DNA of 57,397 bases, taken from NCBI GenBank assembly GCA_003518045.1, contig DOZK01000020.1, positions 19,292 to 76,688 on the forward strand, in the 5' to 3' direction. Source of the stretch: Candidatus Nomurabacteria bacterium (GTDB lineage: Bacteria > Patescibacteriota > Minisyncoccia > Phycocordibacterales > UBA5272). Each line of letters opens with the position of its first letter. Position 1 is the stretch's first letter. This document shows positions 8,524 to 18,673 of this stretch, piece after piece. Made by a program: the position numbers and the translations under genes. The notes under the pieces are model-generated. The model did no database searches and was not told the DNA's origin. It saw nothing but the letters and a program-made list of their open reading frames with translations.

Positions 8524-9771
8524 ATGAAAAATGTATCTTTATTACTCATTAATAAAACAAAGAACAAGGAGTCATATAATTTATCTTTTGAAGGAAAAGA
8601 TACTGGATTTTTAGTGTTAGAGAAATTTAAAAATGGAAATATTACCAGGTATCCATTTTATAGCTTTGGTGGTGATATTAAAAAAAGATATGACTCAATC
8701 CTTAAGATCACAACAATTGGTGGTAAAAAACCATCTTCCGGTATATCAACAAACGTAACAGGGGGTTTTGGGTTCACAAAGCCAAAAGGTATACAGGATT
8801 TATTTTATTTTTTCCAAGAAAAATATCCGAAAATTAACGAGATTGTTTTTTCAGAAAAGGGAAAGATAGAAGTTAAAGAAAATAAATTAAATATCTTAAT
8901 ATCTGACTTTAAAAAAATCGAATTAAGAACAGAAAAGCATAAAGAAAAACAAGGCAAAGAAACGAGACAAGCATATCAAAATATATTCAACTCTATTTTG
9001 CCAACTAAATTTTTAGTTGCCCAAAAGATTAAGTATACAGAAAATGATTTGTCTAATTTTTTTAGGCAGTATGATATTGATCAAATGAAGTTATCTCTAG
9101 AAGATTCTGAAGTTATTAAAGGATTTATTGATAATAAAATTTTAAGCAAAGAGATTTTATTATCATCAAAAAGCCAAATCGATACCTTATATGTTGAAGA
9201 TATACTTATAAGATATAAAGATCTTATGAAGAAAAGTACAAAAGAGGAAGAGTGGCAAGTATTTTTTAATAAAAACAATTGGATATTTAGCAATGTATTC
9301 TTTTTCCCAGTTTCTTTTACAAAGGATAAGTTTAATGTTGGTGGGAATAATATAACTGAAACTAATAATGATAAAATTGTAGATTTTTTATATAAAAATA
9401 ATCTGACCAGCAATGTTGCTTTTATTGAAATAAAAACTCATAAAACTCCAATAGTGATGAAGACTGAGTATAGAAAGGGTGTATTTCCTATAACTAAGGA
9501 TTTATCAGGTTCAATAATTCAAGTCCAAGATCAAAAAAATGAATTATTGAAAAATTTCTACGCAAAATTAGGTGGTTCAGATCTTCAAATTTCTAACTCA
9601 AGATGTGTGGTCATTGTTGGAAATTTAACAAATTTAAATCAAAAACAAAAAGATAGTTTTGATTTGTTTAGAATGTCAAATAAAGAGGTAGAAATTATTA
9701 CGTTTGATGAATTACTAAATAAAATTGAGTATACATTGAATCTGTTCAAGAAAACTCCAAAAATAAAATAG
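8524..9771 (+). CDS. PD-(D/E)xK nuclease candidate, Shedu (DUF4263)-like, embedded in the R-M operon
   Basis: 415 aa. C-terminal block IVDFLYKN...VAFIEIKTHKTPI...IIQVQDQ...CVVIVGNL...EVEIITFDELL matches the D...E.K...Q...iiiG...v.i.TyDeLl layout I recall for DUF4263. No recognisable N-terminal domain. Confidence 0.45.
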   Translation: MKNVSLLLINKTKNKESYNLSFEGKDTGFLVLEKFKNGNITRYPFYSFGGDIKKRYDSILKITTIGGKKPSSGISTNVTGGFGFTKPKGIQDLFYFFQEKYPKINEIVFSEKGKIEVKENKLNILISDFKKIELRTEKHKEKQGKETRQAYQNIFNSILPTKFLVAQKIKYTENDLSNFFRQYDIDQMKLSLEDSEVIKGFIDNKILSKEILLSSKSQIDTLYVEDILIRYKDLMKKSTKEEEWQVFFNKNNWIFSNVFFFPVSFTKDKFNVGGNNITETNNDKIVDFLYKNNLTSNVAFIEIKTHKTPIVMKTEYRKGVFPITKDLSGSIIQVQDQKNELLKNFYAKLGGSDLQISNSRCVVIVGNLTNLNQKQKDSFDLFRMSNKEVEIITFDELLNKIEYTLNLFKKTPKIK

Positions 9772-9772
9772 T

Positions 9773-10882
9773 ATGAAAACTAATCAATTACAAAAAAATA
9801 TTCCTACTGGATGGCAACAATTAAAACTTGGTGATTGTTTGGTGATTAAGCATGGTAAACCTCAAAAAGAAATTGAAGTAGTTGGTGGTAAATATCCAAT
9901 TCTTGCAACTGGTGGAATCATCGGAAGAACCAATACGCCTTTATATTCAAAACCTTCTGTCTTAATTGGTAGAAAGGGCACTATTGATAAACCTAGATAT
10001 ATGGACACTCCGTTCTGGACAGTGGATACATTATTTTATAGTCATATAAAAGAAAATTCTATCGCAAAATATTTATTTTATAAATTTAATACCATTAAAT
10101 GGTATGACTACAACGAAGCTTCAGGCGTTCCAAGTTTGTCAGCATCAACTATTTCTAAAATAAAAATAAACTTACCACCCATCCTTGAACAGAATCGTAT
10201 AGTCTCAGTTATTGAAACATGGGACAAATCAATTGAAAAACTTATATTGAAAATTGAAATTAAGAAACAAATCAAAAAAGGTTTGATGCAGGATTTGCTG
10301 ACTGGTAAAAAACGATTGAGTGGTTTTAAAGATAAATGGGAAATTGTAAAATTAGGAGATTTAATAATTAAACAAGAAAAAACAAACAGGCAATCTGGGC
10401 ACTCCTTAGACACCGGCATGTATCCATTTTTTAATAATTCATCAAAAGGATTTGACCAATATCTTAATGAGTTTGATTTTGATGGTGAGATGTTAATTGC
10501 TAATACTGGTGGTGTCGCATATTTTGATTATTATTTTGGGAAATTTGCTGTGATGTCAGACTGCTTTGTTTTTACCTCAAAAGAAAATTGTAAATTTCTG
10601 TTTTATATTCTAAAAAGGTTAGAAGATTTAATTAATCATAAAGGTTTTACTGGTTCAGGTATCAAGCATCTTGATAAAAAATTCTTTTTTAAATTAAAAA
10701 TAGAACTCCCTTCCATTAAAGAACAAGTAGAAATTGCGGATATTATTACAATCGCAGATGGAGAAATAAAACAATTAGAAAAGAAACTATCTCTTATTAA
10801 AGATCAAAAACGATATCTCCTCAACAATCTCATAACTGGCACAATTCGTACCCCAGAAAATTTATTAGTAAAAGTTAAATAA
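9773..10882 (+). CDS. hsdS: Type I R-M specificity subunit (two TRDs)
   Basis: 369 aa. Two TRD halves, each followed by the conserved LPPILEQNRIV / LPSIKEQVEIA spacer helices. Confidence 0.85.
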   Translation: MKTNQLQKNIPTGWQQLKLGDCLVIKHGKPQKEIEVVGGKYPILATGGIIGRTNTPLYSKPSVLIGRKGTIDKPRYMDTPFWTVDTLFYSHIKENSIAKYLFYKFNTIKWYDYNEASGVPSLSASTISKIKINLPPILEQNRIVSVIETWDKSIEKLILKIEIKKQIKKGLMQDLLTGKKRLSGFKDKWEIVKLGDLIIKQEKTNRQSGHSLDTGMYPFFNNSSKGFDQYLNEFDFDGEMLIANTGGVAYFDYYFGKFAVMSDCFVFTSKENCKFLFYILKRLEDLINHKGFTGSGIKHLDKKFFFKLKIELPSIKEQVEIADIITIADGEIKQLEKKLSLIKDQKRYLLNNLITGTIRTPENLLVKVK

Positions 10883-10887
10883 AATTT

Positions 10888-11109
10888 ATGAAAACATACA
10901 CAGATGGAGACAATGATTCAAATATTATGGGTTACGATTACGGGGAAAGTTGGATAAGGGTATACTTTAAAGATAATTCAGAATACGAATATGCGGGTGG
11001 AGAGGTTGGGCAGTATGTGATTGATCAAATGAAATATCTTGCAGATAGTGGGGAAGGATTAAATTCATTTATTGGTAAAAATAAACCAAAGTATTCATCC
11101 AAGAGGTAG
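10888..11109 (+). CDS. KTSC-domain small protein
   Basis: 73 aa. IMGYDYGESWIRVYFKDNSEYEYAG...Q...LADSGEGLNSFI fits the KTSC pattern (igYd...l.V.F..g..Y.Y..v.......a.S.G.y.n..i). Confidence 0.55.
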   Translation: MKTYTDGDNDSNIMGYDYGESWIRVYFKDNSEYEYAGGEVGQYVIDQMKYLADSGEGLNSFIGKNKPKYSSKR

Positions 11110-11156
11110 ACATATGAACTTGTTACAAAAATTAACTAGTTGAAATTAAAAACAAT

Positions 11157-11993
11157 ATGAAAAAAATAATACAAAAAAATATACATCCAGCAGTTTTTGA
11201 ATCAAAAGAAGTGCGAAGAGTGTGGAAAGATGAACAATGTTTTTTTGTTGTGGAGGATGTAGTTCAGGTATTGATCGAATCTAGTGATTCAAAGCAATAC
11301 ATTCAAAAGATGAAGAAAAGAGATGTTGAACTTGGTCAAGGGTGGGTACAAATTGTACATACCCTTGACGTGCCAACTGTAGGTGGTCTTCAAAAGATGA
11401 ATTGTGCTGATTTACAAGGGGTATTTCGTATTATTCAATCTATCTCATCACCAAAGGCTGAACCTTTCAAACAGTGGCTGGCAAAAGTTGGGCAAGAGCG
11501 AATAGAAGAAATGCAAAATCCAGAAATTGCTCTTAATCGTTCACGGGAATATTGGCAGAAACATGGTAGAAGTGAAAAGTGGATACAACAAAGAATGATG
11601 GGGCAAGAAACAAGAAACAAATTAACTGATTATTGGAAAGAGTCTGGCGTAAAAGAAGGGGAAGAATATGCGATTTTAACAAATATCATTCATTCTGAAT
11701 GGGCTGAAGTTTCTATTAAGGATCATAAGAAAATTAAAGGTTTGAAATCGCAAAATTTGCGTGATCACATGAGTGAGGCGGAATTGATTTTTACGGCACT
11801 TGCAGAACTTTCAACAAGACAAATAGCAGAGTCAGGAGAAATTGTAGGTTTTGAAGATAATAAAATTCCAGCTAGGAGGGGTGGTAAAATTGCAAAAGAC
11901 GCAAAGCTGGCTCTAGAAGAAAAGACTGGTAAAAAGGTAGTAAACAATGAGAATTATTTACCACCAGCAAAGAGTAAGAAATTAATTAAATAA
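11157..11993 (+). CDS. Bro-N / DinD-like DNA-binding protein
   Basis: 278 aa. N-terminal Bro-N-like segment (FESKEVRRVWKDEQCFFVVEDVVQVL) and a DinD-like C-terminal region (RNKLTDYW...LRDHMSEAELIFTALAELSTRQIA). Confidence 0.5.
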   Translation: MKKIIQKNIHPAVFESKEVRRVWKDEQCFFVVEDVVQVLIESSDSKQYIQKMKKRDVELGQGWVQIVHTLDVPTVGGLQKMNCADLQGVFRIIQSISSPKAEPFKQWLAKVGQERIEEMQNPEIALNRSREYWQKHGRSEKWIQQRMMGQETRNKLTDYWKESGVKEGEEYAILTNIIHSEWAEVSIKDHKKIKGLKSQNLRDHMSEAELIFTALAELSTRQIAESGEIVGFEDNKIPARRGGKIAKDAKLALEEKTGKKVVNNENYLPPAKSKKLIK

Positions 11994-11997
11994 ATAT

Positions 11998-14900
11998 ATG
12001 TTATTAGAGAATGTAAATTTTGATGAAGCAAAACAATCACAACTTCCGTTTGTAGAGTTGCTTTTGAATATGGGTTATACATATGTTTCTGTGCAAGAAG
12101 CTCTAAAGCAGAGAGGTGGCGATACTTCCAATTTTATACTCTCAGATATTGCTACACAAAAGTTGATGGAGATAAACAGTTATGAAATTGATGATGTTGA
12201 ATATAAGTTTAGTGAAAAAGATGTGCGAGATGTTATTGATGAGCTTGAGCATATGCAATATGAAGGCATCATAGATACTGCGCAAAAAATTTATAATATG
12301 ATTATGCCAACAAGTGGTGGCAAAACTATAACAGTAAATCATGGTGGTAAAAAGGTTTCTAAAAATTTTAGGTTTATAGATTTTGAAAATCCTTTAAATA
12401 ATTCTTTTCATGTGTCAGCAGAATTTGTAGTTAGTGGTAAACAAAATATTCGTCCAGACATTGTTTGTTTTATAAATGGCATACCTTTTGTTGTTATTGA
12501 GAATAAAAAATCAAGTGTTGCTATAGTTGAGGCCATTGGTCAATTAAATAGATATCAAAGTCCTGAATATTGTCCAAAGCTTTTTACATACACACAGCTT
12601 CTTGTCGGCACAAACGGTAAAGAATTACAGTATGGGACAACTGGCACTGGAAATAAGTTCTATGCTGTCTGGAAAGAAAAAGGAATGGATGAGGAGGATT
12701 TAAATAAAAAGATAATCGAACTTATCAAAAAGCCAATCGATGCCGATACCTATGCAAAAATCCTGCAAGATCTTAATGGATATACTGAAGGACATAAACA
12801 AAGAACTGATAGAATTCCTACAGAGCAAGACAGAGGTGTTGTTTCTTTGTTTGAAACAAAGAGACTTTTGGATTTAACAAAGAATTATATTTTATTTGAT
12901 GCTGGTGTGAAAAAGCTTTCACGTTATCAGCAGTATTTTGCCATTCATAAAATGCTTAAATGTGTGGAGGAAGAAGAAATAAGTGAGCAGGGGATTACAA
13001 GACGAAAGGGTGGGCTTGTTTGGCATACTCAAGGGTCTGGTAAGTCTTTAACTATGGTTATGTTTGTAAAAGCTCTTATTGAGGATCCAAAGATTTTGAG
13101 TCCACGCGTTATTATTGTGACTGATCGTAAAGATTTGGATAAACAAATAAAGGATACTTTTAAAAATTGCAATCTTAAGAAAGAAGTTGTTCAGGCAACA
13201 AGTGGAGAAAATCTTTTGAAATTAATCAAAGAAAAAGATCTGTCTGTGATTACTACTTTGGTTCATAAGTTTCAATCAGCAGCTAAGAAAAAGTCAGGCT
13301 TTGTTGATAATGATAAAAATATATTTGTTCTTGTAGATGAAGCACATAGAAGTCAAAGTGGTATGGCGAATATAGAAATGAATCGTATTATTCCAAATGC
13401 TTGCTATATAGGTTTTACTGGTACTCCGCTCATGAAAAATGAAAAGGAAAGTTGGAGAAAGTTCGGTGGATATATAGACAAGTACACTATTGATGATGCT
13501 CTTCAAGACAAAATTATTTTACCTCTTGTTTATGAAGGTAGATATGTTGAACTTGAACAAAATGCAGAGCAAATAGATAAACACACTGATAGAGTTTCGG
13601 AAGATATGAGTAAGAAATATAATAGTAGTCTGATAACAAAAAAGCATGTTATGCAACTTCAGAAGCAAATCACTTTTGATGTTATTGAGAATAATCCGCA
13701 GAGAATTGAGGAAATAGCTCGAGATATAGAAAAACATTTCATAAATAATTTTCAGCATACAGGATTAAAAGCACAAATTGTTGCCCCATCAAAATACTCA
13801 GCCGTCTTATTTAAGAAATATTTTGAGAGAAGTGGTAGTATTCGTACCGAGGTTGTTATTTCTGACGAGCATGAAGATGGAAATGTTGAAAATACACATA
13901 AAAAAGAAGTGGTGGAATATTTAAATACTATTCGCACCAAGCATAGTAGTGTGAGTAGTTATGAAAAAGATGTTATTGATAGTTTTAAACATAATGATGA
14001 AGGTGTTGAGATAATTATTGTTGTAGATAAATTACTTACGGGCTTTGACGCTCCAAGGAATACAGTTTTATATCTTGCAAAAAGTTTACATGATCATGGA
14101 TTATTACAGGCTATAGCGCGTGTTAATCGTTTGTATGAAAATAAGAAACTTCCCAAGACCTCTGGTTACATAATTGACTATTCGGAGAATGCTAAGAATA
14201 TAAAAACAGCTATGAAGCTTTTTGGTAATTATGATGAAGATGATGTGAAAGGAACATTAATTGATGTCAATCAAAAAATAAATGAATTAGAACAAAATTA
14301 TGGGCTTCTTAATGATTTGTTTAAAGAAATAAAAAATTCTACCGACGACGAGACGTATATTCAATTACTCAAAGATGAGCCGACTAGAGAGGTTTTTTAT
14401 AAAACACTGAATGATCTTATTAGAAATATGAATGAGTGTCTGGTATTACAAAATTTTGTGCATGAGTTTAAACATTTAGATATGTATAAACGAGATTTGA
14501 AAAAGTTTATGGAGCTTCGTAAATCTGCGAGTTTAATGTATAAAGAACAGGTTGATCTATCGGAGTATAAACAATCATTAGTAAAAATTCTAGATAAATA
14601 TGTCGATGCTAAGGGTATAGAATTACTTACAAAGCAGGTCAGTATTACTGATAAAAAAGATTTTGACGAAGCTGTAGAAAAGCTTCGTTCTGATAAATCA
14701 AAAGCAGAAGCTATAGCTGCTCAAACACAACGTACTATTACTGAGAGGGAGCATACAGATCCAGAGTTTTACAATCGTTTTTCTAAAAAGATTTCTGAGA
14801 TTCTTGAAAAGATGCGCCAGGGGAAATTGGCTGATGTAGAGGTCTTGAAACAGATGAGATTAATTCAAGATACAGTTATTGAAAAAAAGGATGTAGGGCT

Positions 14901-15216
14901 TCCTGCAAAAATTGAATCACAAAAAGGAGCTGATATATTTTATCGTAATTTACGAAATGAATTTGATGGGTTAAATTTAAGTGAAGAAATGTATATTTCT
15001 ACTATCCTTGATATTTTTTCTGTTCTTAAAAAAGAGGCAATAGTGGATTGGTATAAAAATGTTGATGTAAAACGTAAAATGAGAAGTAGCGTTGATGATT
15101 ATCTTTATGATGTTCTTAAGGTAGAAAAAGATATATCTATTGATAACAGCCAAGCTCAGTTTATTCTTAATACTATTATGCAATTAGCCGAAAATAACTT
15201 TGAAATTATCTCATAG
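11998..15216 (+). CDS. hsdR: Type I restriction enzyme R subunit
   Basis: 1072 aa. N-terminal PD-(D/E)xK (RPDIVCFINGIPFVVIENKK), helicase motif I WHTQGSGKSLTM, motif II DEAHRSQ, and C-terminal LLTGFDAPR and QAIARVNR. Confidence 0.93.
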   Translation: MLLENVNFDEAKQSQLPFVELLLNMGYTYVSVQEALKQRGGDTSNFILSDIATQKLMEINSYEIDDVEYKFSEKDVRDVIDELEHMQYEGIIDTAQKIYNMIMPTSGGKTITVNHGGKKVSKNFRFIDFENPLNNSFHVSAEFVVSGKQNIRPDIVCFINGIPFVVIENKKSSVAIVEAIGQLNRYQSPEYCPKLFTYTQLLVGTNGKELQYGTTGTGNKFYAVWKEKGMDEEDLNKKIIELIKKPIDADTYAKILQDLNGYTEGHKQRTDRIPTEQDRGVVSLFETKRLLDLTKNYILFDAGVKKLSRYQQYFAIHKMLKCVEEEEISEQGITRRKGGLVWHTQGSGKSLTMVMFVKALIEDPKILSPRVIIVTDRKDLDKQIKDTFKNCNLKKEVVQATSGENLLKLIKEKDLSVITTLVHKFQSAAKKKSGFVDNDKNIFVLVDEAHRSQSGMANIEMNRIIPNACYIGFTGTPLMKNEKESWRKFGGYIDKYTIDDALQDKIILPLVYEGRYVELEQNAEQIDKHTDRVSEDMSKKYNSSLITKKHVMQLQKQITFDVIENNPQRIEEIARDIEKHFINNFQHTGLKAQIVAPSKYSAVLFKKYFERSGSIRTEVVISDEHEDGNVENTHKKEVVEYLNTIRTKHSSVSSYEKDVIDSFKHNDEGVEIIIVVDKLLTGFDAPRNTVLYLAKSLHDHGLLQAIARVNRLYENKKLPKTSGYIIDYSENAKNIKTAMKLFGNYDEDDVKGTLIDVNQKINELEQNYGLLNDLFKEIKNSTDDETYIQLLKDEPTREVFYKTLNDLIRNMNECLVLQNFVHEFKHLDMYKRDLKKFMELRKSASLMYKEQVDLSEYKQSLVKILDKYVDAKGIELLTKQVSITDKKDFDEAVEKLRSDKSKAEAIAAQTQRTITEREHTDPEFYNRFSKKISEILEKMRQGKLADVEVLKQMRLIQDTVIEKKDVGLPAKIESQKGADIFYRNLRNEFDGLNLSEEMYISTILDIFSVLKKEAIVDWYKNVDVKRKMRSSVDDYLYDVLKVEKDISIDNSQAQFILNTIMQLAENNFEIIS

Positions 15217-15224
15217 AAAAAAAT

Positions 15225-15923
15225 ATGAAGAAATTTATTTTTGGTAATTTTGTGTATGAATATCAACTCATTAAACAAGTTAGAAAAACATTAAGTTTAA
15301 CCGTGACACCAGATCTTTTAATTATTCTTAAATGTCCGGAGCATACAGATAGCGAACGTATTGAAAAATTTTTAAAGAAAAAATGGTTTTGGTTAGAAAA
15401 GCAACTTTCTTTTTTTAAAAAATATCAGAGGAAGATTTATAAAAAAGAATATATTTCAGGGGAGGGGTATTTATATCTAGGCAGACAATACAAACTTCTT
15501 GTTAAGAATAGTAGGCAAGACAGTGTTTCTATTACTAAAGGCAAATTATTTATAAATACGACAAAAGCCGTTTCAAATAGCAAATATACTAGAAAATTGA
15601 TTGATGCTTGGTTTTTAGAAAAAACAAATAAAGTTTTTCAGGACAGATTTGTTGAGATGGTTTCTAAATTCGAGTATAAAACCATTCCAAAACTTGCAAT
15701 TAGAGATATGAAGAAACGTTGGGGAAGTTTTTTAAAGCAGGATAAGATTTTTTTGAACCCGAAACTTATTCATACCTCAAAAGATTGTATTGATTATGTG
15801 ATTGTTCATGAATTGTGCCATATAAAATACAAGAATCACAATATAAAGTTTTTTAATCTTTTAGAAGAAAAATATCCTAAATGGGAAAAAGTAAAAGAGA
15901 AGCTTGAGATGTATTTGGTTTAA
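15225..15923 (+). CDS. DUF45/YgjP-like (M48-type) zinc metallopeptidase
   Basis: WGSF...KIFLNPKLIH...IDYVIVHELCHIKYKNH has the HExxH motif in the context typical of R-M-linked DUF45 proteins. Confidence 0.8.
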   Translation: MKKFIFGNFVYEYQLIKQVRKTLSLTVTPDLLIILKCPEHTDSERIEKFLKKKWFWLEKQLSFFKKYQRKIYKKEYISGEGYLYLGRQYKLLVKNSRQDSVSITKGKLFINTTKAVSNSKYTRKLIDAWFLEKTNKVFQDRFVEMVSKFEYKTIPKLAIRDMKKRWGSFLKQDKIFLNPKLIHTSKDCIDYVIVHELCHIKYKNHNIKFFNLLEEKYPKWEKVKEKLEMYLV

Positions 15924-16170
15924 ATTAAATCAAACGTATTAGAGTTAGCTATGGCTTAACTCTAATCAAATGTGATTAGTTAGAGTTAATTATTTGAAGG
16001 TTTGGATAACAATAACATTGAACATTAATGTTTTTAGAGAGTTTTTCATGACCATGGGATTATAATTGTGAAAAACTTGACCCGCAGGACCTTATAAGGT
16101 TGTAATCAAATTTTGAAATTTAAAAAAATTGACTGTTAGCCGGTGGCTATCCCTGATATACTAGCAAAAT

Positions 16171-17439
16171 ATGGCCCACATTATCTCTAACTTCGACAGT
16201 ATTGCCACCAATCAGTTAAGAATAGATGCTTTATCAATTCTGGAAAAGGGGAGCTTAGCAATAGACACTAATTTAGTTGTTAAAAGAGCCATTTCATTAG
16301 AAAATGAAATTCTTTTTGTTCATGGACATAAATATAATTTAAAAGATTATGATAAGGTTTTTGTTTTTGGATTTGGAAAGGCGTCTTGTAAAGCCGTACA
16401 AGAAATAGAAAGTATTTTAGGAAATAAAATAGCAGGTGGAATAGTAATTGATAAACATATAAGTGAATGTAATTATGTAAAAGTATATAAAGGCTCTCAC
16501 CCGCTTCCAACATCGTACAATGTTGAAATCTCACAAAAAATAAAAGACTTGGCTGAAAGTTTAACAGAAAAAGATTTAGCAATAGTTGTTGTCTCAGGTG
16601 GAGGCTCTGCACTTTTGTGTTTACCACAATCTGAGTGCGAGCAAGGCAGTGAATTGTATTCTAATTTCCTTAAAGCTGGAGGGAATATAAAAGAATTAAA
16701 TATTTTACGTAAACATATTTCGACAATTAAAGGAGGGGGACTCGCTAAATTTTTATATCCAGCAACAGTGGTGAGTCTAGTTTTCTGTGATGTCCCAGGA
16801 GACCATTTCGGAGAGGTGGCATCTGGTCCAACTTATTTAGACCACTCAACTGTAGCTGATGCTGAAGCATTACTTACAAAACATAATATAAAAAATGTTT
16901 TTAGATTAAATGAAACTCCGAAAGAAGAAAAGTATTTTGAAAATGTAAGAAATGTTCCCATTGTTTCAAATAAAGAAGCATTGCGTGCGATGGAATTGGA
17001 AGCTAAAGAAAGAGGCTATGAAGTTATTCTTTTAGGGGATGAAGTTTATGACACACCGGAGATTTTTCTTAAAAATGCATATTCTGCTTTAAAAAATAAA
17101 AGTGTTGTAATAGCTGGTGGAGAGCTTTCTATTGCTCTTAAAAAAGAAGGTGGGATTGGAGGCAGAAATCTTTACACTGGAACTGAGGCATTAAATATAA
17201 TTAGTGATACAGATTTATTTATCGCATATGCATCAGACGGAATAGATAATAAATCGGTATATGCTGGTGCAGTTATTGATGCTGAAACTAAAAGAAAAAT
17301 AAAAGATAGAAATTTAGATGTAGAAAAGTTGCATGAAGACAATAAAGATAATGAAATCTTTGAAGAAATCGGGGAGGTAATAATCACAGGGGATACCGGA
17401 AGTAATGTTTCGGACCTTTATTTAATGATGAGAAATTAA
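16171..17439 (+). CDS. glycerate kinase, MOFRL/DUF4147 family (2-phosphoglycerate-forming type)
   Basis: FGFGKAS, VVSGGGSALL, LR..IS.IKGGGLA, GGE....LKKEGGIGGRNLY and ASDGIDNKS motifs. Confidence 0.75.
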   Translation: MAHIISNFDSIATNQLRIDALSILEKGSLAIDTNLVVKRAISLENEILFVHGHKYNLKDYDKVFVFGFGKASCKAVQEIESILGNKIAGGIVIDKHISECNYVKVYKGSHPLPTSYNVEISQKIKDLAESLTEKDLAIVVVSGGGSALLCLPQSECEQGSELYSNFLKAGGNIKELNILRKHISTIKGGGLAKFLYPATVVSLVFCDVPGDHFGEVASGPTYLDHSTVADAEALLTKHNIKNVFRLNETPKEEKYFENVRNVPIVSNKEALRAMELEAKERGYEVILLGDEVYDTPEIFLKNAYSALKNKSVVIAGGELSIALKKEGGIGGRNLYTGTEALNIISDTDLFIAYASDGIDNKSVYAGAVIDAETKRKIKDRNLDVEKLHEDNKDNEIFEEIGEVIITGDTGSNVSDLYLMMRN

Positions 17440-17450
17440 TTTAAAAAAGT

Positions 17451-18671
17451 ATGAGTAAAATAAAAAGCATAAGTGCAGAAATAATTAATGACTCAAGAAA
17501 TATTCCTACACTTTCTGTCTCTGTAATTGATGATTTAGGGAATATTGGTATTTGTATGGTTCCCTCTGGTGCTAGTACTGGTAAATATGAAGCTTTTGAA
17601 TTACGAGATGACGGTACAAGTAAAGGCGGAGTTACAAAAGCACAGGAAATTATAAATACAAAAATAAATGATGCACTTCTAGGAATGGACGTTGATAATC
17701 AAAGAGAAATTGATAATTTACTTCTAAAATTAGATGGAACTTCTAATAAAACTAACTTAGGAGGAAATAGCATGATAGGAGTAAGTATTGCAGTTGCAAA
17801 ATCTGCTTCTAAATCAGTTGGTAAAGAATTTTATGAATATTTAGAAACTTTGGCTGAAGTAACATCCTCCATTACTTGTCCAAAATTATATTTTAATTTA
17901 ATAAATGGTGGCAAACATGCAAATACGCAATTAGCTTTTCAGGAATATCATTTAGTTCCTCAAGTGGAAAGTGTTAAAGAGTCATTAGATATAGCCCAAA
18001 AAGTACAAGATGCTCTTGGGAATATTATTTCAGAAAAATATGGTGATGTGGCACGCGGGGACGAAGGGGGTTATGCGGTTCCAACAGAAAATATACGCGA
18101 GCCACTAGAGCTTTTATCTCAAGCAGTAAAAATTTGTGGTGTAGAAGATAAAGTCATGTTTGCGTTAGATGTTGCCGCTTCATCTTTTTATGATGAGTCT
18201 ACAGAATTATATAAAATTGGTAATGAAGAACACACAAAAGAGGAATTACGAGATACATATATTTCTTTTGCAGAATCTTTCCCAATAATTTCCATTGAAG
18301 ACCCATTCTTTGAAGAAGATTTTGAAGCTTTTAGAGATTTGCAATTAGCAATTCCAGAAGTAACAATTGTTGGAGATGATTTAACTGTAACTAATGTTGA
18401 AAGATTAAAGAGGGCTGTCTCCATTGCAAGGATAAAGGGAATGATTATCAAACCAAATCAAATTGGCACACTTTCAGAAACGATAGACACTATTACTTTT
18501 GCTCAAAAAAATAATATTAAATGTATAGTAAGCCACAGAAGCGGAGAGACATTAGATGATATGATTGCAGATATAACAATTGCTTTTAAAACTTTTGGAA
18601 TGAAGTCCGGTGCGCGTGGCCCGAAAGAAAGAGAAGTGAAATATCAAAGATTAAGTGCAATACAAAAATAA
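17451..18671 (+). CDS. eno: enolase
   Basis: SRNIPTLSVSV, PSGASTGKYEA.ELRD, IKPNQIGTLSET, SHRSGET. Confidence 0.92.
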   Translation: MSKIKSISAEIINDSRNIPTLSVSVIDDLGNIGICMVPSGASTGKYEAFELRDDGTSKGGVTKAQEIINTKINDALLGMDVDNQREIDNLLLKLDGTSNKTNLGGNSMIGVSIAVAKSASKSVGKEFYEYLETLAEVTSSITCPKLYFNLINGGKHANTQLAFQEYHLVPQVESVKESLDIAQKVQDALGNIISEKYGDVARGDEGGYAVPTENIREPLELLSQAVKICGVEDKVMFALDVAASSFYDESTELYKIGNEEHTKEELRDTYISFAESFPIISIEDPFFEEDFEAFRDLQLAIPEVTIVGDDLTVTNVERLKRAVSIARIKGMIIKPNQIGTLSETIDTITFAQKNNIKCIVSHRSGETLDDMIADITIAFKTFGMKSGARGPKEREVKYQRLSAIQK

Positions 18672-18673
18672 AT

